From the NCBI RefSeq assembly GCF_016863335.1, contig NZ_BOOR01000055.1, positions 70,855 through 94,854 on the forward strand: a DNA stretch of 24,000 nt. The letters run 5' to 3'. Of this stretch, positions 1 through 7,841 are shown piece after piece; the first letter of the stretch is position 1; every line of letters starts with the position of its first letter. The position numbers and the translations under genes are program-made. Below the pieces are notes generated by a model that worked only from the letters and a program-made list of their open reading frames with translations, did not search any database and was not told where the DNA came from. The DNA comes from Planotetraspora thailandica (lineage in GTDB: Bacteria > Actinomycetota > Actinomycetes > Streptosporangiales > Streptosporangiaceae).

Positions 1-273
1 GTCGCCGCGTCCGGCTCGGTCAACTCCAGCATCGGCGACGACCTTCTGCTACCGAGCTTCGCCGCCCCCATCATCGGCGGGGTCGCGCTGGCCGGCGGCG
101 TCGTCAGCGTCGCCGGAACCTGCCTCGCGGCCTTCCTCGTCCGGCTGGTCGACGTCATGCAGGCGCAGTTCGGCATCAATCCGCGCTGGATCGACCTGAT
201 CATCGGCGCGGTCGTCCTCGGCGCGGTGCTGCTCGGCACCGTGCGGCAGAAGCTGTTGCGGAGGTCGTCGTGA
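1..273 (+). CDS. C-terminal fragment of a sugar ABC transporter permease (CUT2, RbsC/AraH-like); the 5' end lies outside the window
   Basis: Frame 1 is open from the window edge to TGA at 271-273. The hydrophobic tail (...PIIGGVALAGGVVSVAGTCLAAFLVRLVDVMQAQFGINPRWIDLIIGAVVLGAVLLG...) resembles permease C-termini. The stop overlaps the GTG start of the next gene (GTGA at 270-273), suggesting translational coupling. It is absent from the ORF track because it has no start codon. Confidence 0.7.
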   Translation, partial: VAASGSVNSSIGDDLLLPSFAAPIIGGVALAGGVVSVAGTCLAAFLVRLVDVMQAQFGINPRWIDLIIGAVVLGAVLLGTVRQKLLRRSS

Positions 274-1772
274 TTCTCAGCGCCGAGGGTCTGGTCAAGA
301 CCTTCCCCGGGGTGCGGGCGCTGGACGGCGCCACCCTGCGACTGGCGGCGGGGAGCGTGCACGCCCTGCTCGGCGAGAACGGCGCGGGCAAGAGCACGCT
401 GATCAAGATCCTTACGGGCGTGTACCGGCCGGACGGCGGCCGGGTGCTCATGGGCGGCGCCGAGGTGCACCTCGCCGGTCCGCTGGACGCCCAGAAGGCC
501 GGCATCGGCGTGGTCCACCAGGAACGCAACCTGATCCCCGAGTTCTCCGTCGCGGAGAACATCGTGTTGCACCACCTGCCGCGGCGATTCGGCCTGGTCG
601 ACCGGCCGCGGATGAAGGCAGAGGCCCGCCGCTGCCTGGACCTGCTCGACCTCGACCTCGACCCCGACATGCCGGTCGCCGGGCTGTCCGTCGCGCAGGC
701 GCAGCTCGTCGAGATCGCCAAGGCGCTCAGCGTCGACAGCAAGGTGCTGCTCCTCGACGAGCCGACCGCCTCGCTCACCGGAGACGAGGCCGACCGCCTC
801 TACGGCATCGTCGGGAAGCTGCGCGACAACGGTCACGCCGTCGTGCTGGTCAGCCACAAGCTGGAGGAGGTCTTCGCCGTCGCCGACACGGTGACCGTGC
901 TGCGTGACGGGCACACCGTCGCCGACGCCGAGCCCCTGGCGGGATACACCCAGGACCAGGTGGTCGACCTGATGGTCGGGCGGGCCTACGCGTCTGTGCG
1001 CCTGCCCGAGCGGCGGGTCGATCCCGAGACACCGGCGGCCCTCCGGCTGCGGGAGGTGAGCACCGCCCGCGGGCACCGCGACGTCTCCCTGTCGGTGCGC
1101 CCCGGCGAGATCCTGGGGTTGTACGGGCTGGTGGGCGCGGGCCGCAGCGAACTCGCCAAGGCGCTGCTCGGGCTCGACCGCATCACGTCGGGCACGGTCG
1201 AGGTGCACGGGCGGCCCGTCCGCATCCGCGACGTCGGCGAGGCGCTGCGCCGCCACCGGATCGGCTATGTCACGGAGAACCGCAAGGAGGAGGGCCTGTT
1301 CCTCGACCAGCCGATCACGCGCAACATCGGCGTGACCGTCTGGCGGAGCCTCGCCCGGGCCGGGCTGGTGACGGAGCGGGCGGAGCGGCGCGTCGTCGAG
1401 GAGTACGCCGACCGGCTCGGCATCAAGGCGTCCTCGCCCCGCCAGCTCGCCGGCCAGCTGTCCGGCGGCAACCAGCAGAAGGTCAGCCTCGCCAAGTGGC
1501 TCGCCGCGCGCTGCGAGATCCTCATCGTGGACGAGCCCACCGTCGGCATCGATGTGCGCACCAAGGCGGCCTTCCACGAGCTGATCGCCGAGCTGGCCGG
1601 CGAGGGACTGGCCCTGCTGCTGATCTCGTCGGACCTGCCCGAGATCGTCACGCTCGCCGATCGCATCGCCGTGATGAACGACCTGGCCGTCCGCGGCGAG
1701 CTCCTCAACGACCACGACTACGGCCGCATGAGTCAGGCGATCATCCGTCTGATCCACGGTGATGCGCGGTGA
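270..1772 (+). CDS. Sugar ABC transporter ATP-binding protein with two fused ATPase domains (RbsA/MglA/XylG-like, CUT2)
   Basis: 500 aa ORF. Domain 1 has Walker A GENGAGKST and Walker B LLLDEPT. Domain 2 has a degenerate Walker A GLVGAGRSE, signature LSGGNQQK and Walker B ILIVDEPT. This asymmetry is typical of CUT2 ATPases. Confidence 0.93.
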   Translation: MILSAEGLVKTFPGVRALDGATLRLAAGSVHALLGENGAGKSTLIKILTGVYRPDGGRVLMGGAEVHLAGPLDAQKAGIGVVHQERNLIPEFSVAENIVLHHLPRRFGLVDRPRMKAEARRCLDLLDLDLDPDMPVAGLSVAQAQLVEIAKALSVDSKVLLLDEPTASLTGDEADRLYGIVGKLRDNGHAVVLVSHKLEEVFAVADTVTVLRDGHTVADAEPLAGYTQDQVVDLMVGRAYASVRLPERRVDPETPAALRLREVSTARGHRDVSLSVRPGEILGLYGLVGAGRSELAKALLGLDRITSGTVEVHGRPVRIRDVGEALRRHRIGYVTENRKEEGLFLDQPITRNIGVTVWRSLARAGLVTERAERRVVEEYADRLGIKASSPRQLAGQLSGGNQQKVSLAKWLAARCEILIVDEPTVGIDVRTKAAFHELIAELAGEGLALLLISSDLPEIVTLADRIAVMNDLAVRGELLNDHDYGRMSQAIIRLIHGDAR

Positions 1773-1831
1773 CCGGCTGAGTGCGCCGGGGCTGACACGG
1801 AGGTTCGGCCCATCAGTCCCGCCGCAGCTCC

Positions 1832-2785
1832 GTGGCGAGGGAGGCCGATGTCCGATTCCTTCAAGACCCGGTCCGTACGGCGGGGCACGATGAGCCGGTG
1901 AGCATCGACCTTTCCGCGGCGGCCGCCTTCATGGCCACGCACGCCCGTCTCCTCGACCGCCGCCGCTTCGCGTTTCTGACCGGCGAGGGCGACGTCGCCG
2001 CGACGCTGAATGCGCTGGACGGCTACCGCAATCCCGACGGCGGCTACGGCTGGGGGCTGGAGCCCGACCTGCGTTCACCGGAGAGCCAGCCGGCCGGCGC
2101 GTTGCACGCCTTCGAGGTGTTCGACGAGATCGGCCCGGCCGCGGCCGGGCGTGCGGCCGGGCTGTGCGACTGGCTGGAGTCGGTCTCCTTCCCCGACGGC
2201 GGCGTGCCGTTCGCCCTGCCCACCAGAGACGGCGCAGGGAACGCCCCCTGGTGGGCCGGCGCCGACACCACCGTCTCCTCACTGCAGATCACCGCCGCGG
2301 TCGCGGCGGGCGCCCACCGCGTGGCGGTGCAGGACCCGGCCGTGGCCGCCCATCCCTGGCTCGGCCGGGCCACCGCGTACTGCCTGGCGGGCATCGCGGC
2401 GCTCGACGAGGCGCCGCACGCCTACACGCTGCTTTTTGTGGCGCGATTCCTCGACGCCGTGCACGCCACGCATCCCCAGGCGGAAGATCTCCTCGGCCAC
2501 GTGGGCGCGTACTTCCCTTCCGACGGCCTTCTACCCGTCGAAGGAGGCGCCGAGGGGGAGACGCTTCGCCCGCTCGGCGTCGCGCCGTATCCCGGCACCC
2601 CGGCACGGAAGCTGTTCACGCCTGAGGCGGTCTCGGCCGACCTGGACCGCCTGGCCGGTTCGCAGGCCGGAGACGGCGGGTGGACGATCGACTTCGCCCC
2701 GATCTCACCCGCGGCCGCGATGGAATGGCGCGGCTACACCACCGTGAGCGCCATCGACCTCCTGCGCCGCAACGGAAGGATCTGA
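1832..2785 (+). CDS. Hypothetical protein, possibly an alpha/alpha-toroid (prenyltransferase / terpene-cyclase-like repeat) fold
   Basis: 317 aa ORF with realistic composition. It contains NPDGGYGW, PDGGVPF and GDGGW motifs reminiscent of prenyltransferase/squalene-cyclase repeats. The start is uncertain: GTG 1832, or in-frame GTG 1898 giving VSIDLSAAAAF.... The functional call rests only on motif recollection. Confidence 0.6.
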   Translation: MAREADVRFLQDPVRTAGHDEPVSIDLSAAAAFMATHARLLDRRRFAFLTGEGDVAATLNALDGYRNPDGGYGWGLEPDLRSPESQPAGALHAFEVFDEIGPAAAGRAAGLCDWLESVSFPDGGVPFALPTRDGAGNAPWWAGADTTVSSLQITAAVAAGAHRVAVQDPAVAAHPWLGRATAYCLAGIAALDEAPHAYTLLFVARFLDAVHATHPQAEDLLGHVGAYFPSDGLLPVEGGAEGETLRPLGVAPYPGTPARKLFTPEAVSADLDRLAGSQAGDGGWTIDFAPISPAAAMEWRGYTTVSAIDLLRRNGRI

Positions 2786-2829
2786 CCGGGCGGATTCTCG
2801 ATTGCGCGAACCCGCGCGCCGCGGGAACC

Positions 2830-3708
2830 ATGGCGGCCATGCGCCGCGATGAGCACGCCGGACCCGTCGCATTGCGGGCCATGCAGGAACTGGCCTCCCG
2901 CGTCTTCCCCGTGACCGGCTACCGGCATGCCGGCGACCTCACCTGGAACTGGTGCTTGGCCCTCGGCAGCCAATTCGAATGCCCGACCGCCGTCTGGACG
3001 GCGGGGGATCGCACCCTGGCCTGGGGCTGGCTGGAGTCTCCGGACTCCCTGATGCTCCAGGTCGATCCGGAGCATCCCGAGATGGCCGGCGACGTGCTGG
3101 CGTGGGCCGAGCACACGGCCGGCGGGCCGCCGTCCGTAGAGGTCGCCGCGACGGAGACTCATCTGATCGCCGCCCTGGAACGGCGGGGCTACACCGCCGC
3201 CGACGACGGCCCGTTCATGGTGTGCATGGGCCGCCCGCTGACGGGGCTGCCGGAGGTTCCCGGCATGCCCGACGGCTACACGATCGATGTCCAGCGCGAC
3301 GACGCCGGCGTCGCCGGTCGCGCCGCCGCGCATCGCGCCGCCTTCGGCTCGGCCCGGGTCACCGCCGAACGGCACGCCCGCATGAGGATGCAGTGGCCGT
3401 ACCGGCCCGAATACGACCTCGTGGTCACCTCACCCGACGGTGAGGTCGAGGCCTACTGCCAGGGCTGGTTCGACGAGACGAACGGCGTCGGGGCGTTCGA
3501 GCCGGTCGGCACGCGGCCGGGCCGGCGCCGCCTCGGCCTGGCCCGCGCGGTATGCGTCGCGGTGCTGCACGCGTTCGCCCGGGCGGGCGGCCGGCGCGCC
3601 ATCGTTTACGCGCGCGGAGACGCCGCCTATCCCGCGCCGAAACGGCTCTATGAATCGATCGGATTCGCGCCGTACACCCGCACGCGCATATACGGCCGTA
3701 GCCGGTGA
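2830..3708 (+). CDS. GNAT-family N-acetyltransferase (about 292 aa)
   Basis: The track ORF 2680..3708 overlaps the upstream gene, so the first non-overlapping in-frame ATG (2830, MAAMRRDEHAG...) was chosen. The C-terminal part has a GNAT acetyl-CoA motif-A-like segment (RRRLGLARAVCVAVLHAFARAGGRRAIVY...LYESIGF). Confidence 0.8.
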   Translation: MAAMRRDEHAGPVALRAMQELASRVFPVTGYRHAGDLTWNWCLALGSQFECPTAVWTAGDRTLAWGWLESPDSLMLQVDPEHPEMAGDVLAWAEHTAGGPPSVEVAATETHLIAALERRGYTAADDGPFMVCMGRPLTGLPEVPGMPDGYTIDVQRDDAGVAGRAAAHRAAFGSARVTAERHARMRMQWPYRPEYDLVVTSPDGEVEAYCQGWFDETNGVGAFEPVGTRPGRRRLGLARAVCVAVLHAFARAGGRRAIVYARGDAAYPAPKRLYESIGFAPYTRTRIYGRSR

Positions 3709-4219
3709 GATCTTTCCGCTGACGGTGTCCGCGCGTTATGCCTCATCGCTCCCCGGCTCGTTTCCCGCGGGCGATCAAACCAGTGGCTTCGGGCGATCCG
3801 ACCAGGTGCGCCGAGCGGATGATAATTGATCTGACTTCATGTCATGAGAAATGTTAATGGCTTTACGGATGTCTCATTTCAAATGTCACAATAAGTCCGG
3901 AATGGTGCTGCGCCGTGAGAGCGCTCTACGACGGGTGGCCGGGGTGTGCTTCTCGCTATGCGCCGACATGTAATACGCTCAATCCCGGCGAAGGCCCCGG
4001 CTGGGGCGTTCGAGCGCGTCCGGCAGGGTGGGCCTGCGGGCCGCGGCTCTTCCGGACCGGCCGGCCCGCCACCTGACGTCGACAAGCAACCACACCTGCC
4101 CTGACCTGCTGATCAGCGCCTCCCCGCGCACTTGGCACGACTCCACGAAGGTGGGCCGTGGGTAGCTTGATCACGTGCGCCCACGCATCGCCGGCAGGCC
4201 GGAGCTAGGAGGGAACACG

Positions 4220-5485
4220 GTGTCCAGGCGCACAAGCACCCCGTCCGCGGCCCAGATCCGCTGGATGAACGCCGCCGCCGTCTATGAGGCCATGCGCGCG
4301 CGGGAGTCCTGCACCGCCCGGGACCTCATGACGGTGACCGGCCTGTCGCGCCCCACCATCCACACGACCTGCGACTGGCTCATCGCTCAGGGGCTCGTGG
4401 TGGAGGTGGACAACGACCCCGTCCAGGACTCCCAGCCCGGCCGTCCCGCCCGCCGCTACCAGATCAACCCCCGCGCCGGGTTCGTCCTGTCCCTCGACAT
4501 CCGGGAAGGCCGCGTCACGGCCGCCGTCGCCGACCTGACCGGCGGAGTCTGCGGCGAGTTGTCCCGCGAGATCACCCCCGACCCGAGCCTGCGGTCACAG
4601 GTCGCCGTGCACGGTCCGGAGATCGCCCACGACGTGGTCGAACTCGCCGGAATCGCGCCCGACGCGGTGTGGCAGGCCTGCGTGAGCATCCCCGCCCCCG
4701 TGCAGTCCCGCGAGTACGAGCCCTCGACCGCCGCGGAGTATCGGGCCGGCACACGCGACGTCATCACACGGCTTCACGAGACGCTCCCGTGGCCGGTGGT
4801 CGCCGAGAACGACGCCAACCTCGCGATGATCGGCGAGCAGTGGCAGGGCGCCGCCCGCAAATACGACAACGCCGTGCTGCTCGACGTGTGCGAGAACGGC
4901 TTCGGGGCCGGGCTCATCGTCAACGGCCGTCTCGTGCGTGGCAGCAAGGGGCTGGCCGGTGAGATGACGTCCGTCGACCTGCTGTCGGGCATGGGGCCGG
5001 CCGGCGGCGTGATGAACAAGATGGCCCAGCTCGGAGCCGATGAGGTTCGCGACCCGGCCGACCGGGAAGGCGTGCTCCACGACCTGGCGCACGGCGACCC
5101 GGGACAGGTCACGCCCGACGTCGTGTTCGCCGCGCTCGATCGGGGAGACCCCGCCGCCCGGCGGATCGCCGACGAGGTGGGCGGGATCGTGGCACGTCCC
5201 ATCGCGATGCTGGCCACGCTGCTCGACCCGGAGCTCGTCGTCGTCTGCGGTCTTTCCGCCGAGGCCGCCGACCGGCTGATGCCGCCGATCGAGGAGCAGA
5301 CGCTGGACCTCTACCGCAGGCTGGCCGCCCCGCCGCCGCGGCTGGCGCTGTCGGCCCTGGGGAACAGGGCGACCGTCCTCGGCGGAGTGCGCCGCGCGCT
5401 CAACGAGGTCGAGGGCCGGCTGTTCGGCTCGCCGCACAGCGACCGCTGGCCCGCCACGACCCTGCGCGCCGCCGACGCCCGGTAG
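4220..5485 (+). CDS. ROK-family transcriptional regulator (N-terminal winged-HTH plus sugar-kinase-like domain)
   Basis: The N-terminal HTH-like segment is ARDLMTVTGLSRPTIHTTCDWLIAQGLVVEV. ROK/ASKHA core segments include ENDANLAMIGEQWQGAA, GFGAGLIVNGRLVRGSKGLAGEM and VLGGVRRAL. GTG 4220 was preferred over 4175 because AGGAGGG (4207-4213) lies 6 nt upstream. Confidence 0.85.
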   Translation: MSRRTSTPSAAQIRWMNAAAVYEAMRARESCTARDLMTVTGLSRPTIHTTCDWLIAQGLVVEVDNDPVQDSQPGRPARRYQINPRAGFVLSLDIREGRVTAAVADLTGGVCGELSREITPDPSLRSQVAVHGPEIAHDVVELAGIAPDAVWQACVSIPAPVQSREYEPSTAAEYRAGTRDVITRLHETLPWPVVAENDANLAMIGEQWQGAARKYDNAVLLDVCENGFGAGLIVNGRLVRGSKGLAGEMTSVDLLSGMGPAGGVMNKMAQLGADEVRDPADREGVLHDLAHGDPGQVTPDVVFAALDRGDPAARRIADEVGGIVARPIAMLATLLDPELVVVCGLSAEAADRLMPPIEEQTLDLYRRLAAPPPRLALSALGNRATVLGGVRRALNEVEGRLFGSPHSDRWPATTLRAADAR

Positions 5486-5672
5486 CCCCGGGCCCTCTCC
5501 GCGCCTCTCGACAGCGACCGGCGGCCTGCCGTCGGGGATGCCTGCCGTGCCCATACGGACGGCGCGAAGCGTCATTTCCCCCGGCCTCGCGAGCGGTCAC
5601 CCATGGCTCGTTCCGCCCGTTCACGGGGCACTTCGGCTGGGCCGTACCGGCAGCCGCAGGCCCTTTGCCATT

Positions 5673-5709
5673 TTGACTGTTGACGCCCGATCTAGCCTGT
5701 GGCTAGTGT
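5673..5709 (+). promoter_or_regulatory. Sigma-70 (HrdB)-like promoter candidate with an embedded perfect palindrome
   Basis: Tandem -35-like hexamers TTGACT (5673-5678) and TTGACG (5680-5685) are followed after 18 nt by the -10-like TAGTGT (5704-5709). The spacer and -10 contain the perfect inverted repeat CTAGCC-tgt-GGCTAG (5692-5706). Pattern match only. Confidence 0.3.
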
Positions 5710-6431
5710 ATCGAAAAACCTTTAATAAATACCCCTTCGTAACATTGCGGTAACGCCCCTGCAGTAGCTCACAACGCGACCGAAACGGTCGCCATCGGGA
5801 CCTACGGGCAGACGCGGAACCCCCCGCGCCGCCCGGGACGCCACAGACGAGACATCCCACTCGCCGGTGCTCCGCCGTCCCTCATGGTGTGCTCGCGCCG
5901 AGGACTATCGCCATAACCAGAAAGACTCCGTTGGGACACAGGAAGCTGAGAATCGCCATGCCGGGCTGATCGACACGATCGGCTCGCCGGCGCCTCCCCG
6001 GGCAGCGCCGCGCACTGCGCGCGCGACGTGGACACGACCACACCCGGGCGGCCCGGATCGAGCGGCGACCATGCTGCGCACCGTCTTCGCCCTCGACGCG
6101 AGACCTGGCCGGACTCCCCGTACGGATCTCCCGCCCGCGAGGCGGCCGGCCGGCGTGGTTGCGGGCGAAGAGGCCGAGAAGTGCCGATGCAGGGGCCGGC
6201 AAATCCCCGCCGACGCCAAATGATCGGTGCTAAAACGGAAACCAATGATGCAAACGTGACATTTACGACATTTCTGCTTAAATAGGGAGCCAGGTCGTAT
6301 CGCGATCTTGGGACGGCCCCCAGGGCACAGAACATGTCCACCCCGCTGATCAGCCATCACTGATCGATCACCTCGACCCGCACCGCCTGGGAGGGCGAAG
6401 CGGTCCCGTCCGGAATTAGTGAGGAACAACT

Positions 6432-7751
6432 GTGCGTACACGCAAGCCGTACGTCTTCGCCGTCGCAGGCGCTCTGATGTTCGCCGCCGCGGCCTGCGGC
6501 AACAGCAACGACTCGTCCAGCGGCGGGTCCGCCAGTGGAGGCGCGGGCTCGTCGATCACCTACTGGGCGTCCAACCAGGGCACGAGCCTGGAGAGCGACA
6601 AGCAGATCCTCCAGCCGGAGCTCGACCGGTTCACCAAGGAAACCGGCATCAAGGTGAACCTCGAGGTCGTCCCCTGGTCCGACCTGCTCAACCGCATCCT
6701 GGCCGCGGCCACCTCCGGCAAGGGCCCCGACGTCGTCAACATCGGCAACACCTGGTCGGCCTCGCTGCAGGCGACCGGCGCGTTCGTTCCGCTCGACGAC
6801 ACCCAGCTGAACACCCTCGGCGGCAAGGCGCGTTTCCTGGGCCCGAGCCTCGCGGCGACGGGTGCCCCCGGGCAGCCCCCCGTCGGCGCGCCGCTCTACA
6901 GCACGGCCTACGCCCTCTACTACAACAAGCACATGTTCAAGGACGCCGGCATCGCCGACGCGCCGAAGACCTGGGACGAGCTGGTCGCCGACGGCAAGAA
7001 GCTCACCAAGGACGGCAAGTGGGGCCTGGCCGTCGAGGGCGCCAGCGTCAGCGAGAACGCCCACATGATCTTCACGCTCGGCCAGCAGCAGGGCGGTGAC
7101 CTGTTCGACAGCTCGGGCAAGCCGCAGTTCGACTCGCCGGCGAACGTGGCCGCCGTCAAGCAGTACCTCGACTTCATCGCCTCGGACAAGATCACCAACC
7201 CGAGTGACGCCGCGTACTCCAACGGCACCGAGGCGCTTCAGGACTTCATCGGCGGCAAGGCCGCCATGGTGATGTGGCAGTCGGCCAGCGGCACGCTCAA
7301 GACGGGCGGCATGACCCCCGACGACTACGGCGTCGCGCCGATCCCGCTGCCCGACCCCTCCTCGGGCGGCAAGCAGATCGACAGCATGGTCGGCGGCATC
7401 AACATCTCCGTCTTCAACAGCGCCGCCAACAAGGACGGCGCGCTGAAGTTCGTGAAGTTCATGACCAGCAAGCAGACGCAGCAGGACCTCAACAAGGCCT
7501 ACGGCTCGCTGCCGACGGTCACCGACGCCTACGACGACCCGGCGTTCCAGACTCCGGAGATCAAGACGTACCAGCAGATCCTGGCCAACACGGCCGCTCC
7601 GCTGCCCCAGGTGACCAACGAGAGCCAGTTCGAGACCCTGGTCGGCAACGCGATGAACCAGCTGTTCGCGGACGCGGCCAGCGGCAAGCCGATCACCGAC
7701 GAGACGGTGAAGGCCAAGCTCACCGAGGCCAACCAGCAGATGACCAGCTGA
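6432..7751 (+). CDS. Sugar ABC transporter substrate-binding lipoprotein (CUT1, CebE/family-1 SBP-like)
   Basis: 439 aa. There is a GAGGA Shine-Dalgarno at 6421-6425. The lipoprotein-type signal peptide is MRTRKPYVFAVAGALMFAAAAC followed by a Ser/Gly-rich linker. The composition is typical of a family-1 SBP, and the gene is followed by two MalFG-type permeases. Confidence 0.9.
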   Translation: MRTRKPYVFAVAGALMFAAAACGNSNDSSSGGSASGGAGSSITYWASNQGTSLESDKQILQPELDRFTKETGIKVNLEVVPWSDLLNRILAAATSGKGPDVVNIGNTWSASLQATGAFVPLDDTQLNTLGGKARFLGPSLAATGAPGQPPVGAPLYSTAYALYYNKHMFKDAGIADAPKTWDELVADGKKLTKDGKWGLAVEGASVSENAHMIFTLGQQQGGDLFDSSGKPQFDSPANVAAVKQYLDFIASDKITNPSDAAYSNGTEALQDFIGGKAAMVMWQSASGTLKTGGMTPDDYGVAPIPLPDPSSGGKQIDSMVGGINISVFNSAANKDGALKFVKFMTSKQTQQDLNKAYGSLPTVTDAYDDPAFQTPEIKTYQQILANTAAPLPQVTNESQFETLVGNAMNQLFADAASGKPITDETVKAKLTEANQQMTS

Positions 7752-7841
7752 GCAGACCTGCTCCGGGGTGCCGGGCGGTGACGATCCACCGCCCGGCACC
7801 CCGTGCCTGACCATGCACGATTGAAGATCGGAAGGACGTCA

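Noticed and set aside
2680-2829. Upstream extension of the GNAT ORF (track start 2680)
   Set aside because: It overlaps the 3' end of the preceding gene by about 105 nt in another frame and is Arg/Pro-rich. ATG 2830 is the first start clear of that gene.
5882-5959. 25-codon hydrophobic mini-ORF on the minus strand (MAILSFLCPNGVFLVMAIVLGASTP)
   Set aside because: It looks like a small membrane peptide. However, it has no Shine-Dalgarno sequence, and only about two-thirds of its third positions are G/C. That is well below the bias seen by eye in the real genes here. It is not reportable without conservation or ribosome-profiling evidence.
5940-5985. CTGAGA...ATGCCGGGCTGATC resemblance to a TPP (THI-box) riboswitch
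   Set aside because: The conserved elements are in the wrong order and spacing. No ACCC...GAACCTGATC core or P1 pairing is present, and the downstream genes are unrelated to thiamine.
5802-6441. Several 85-179-aa ORFs in both orientations inside the long intergenic region
   Set aside because: They are mutually overlapping and Arg/Pro/Gly-rich, with mixed third-position GC and no motifs. I treat the region as non-coding or a possible decayed gene pending blastx.
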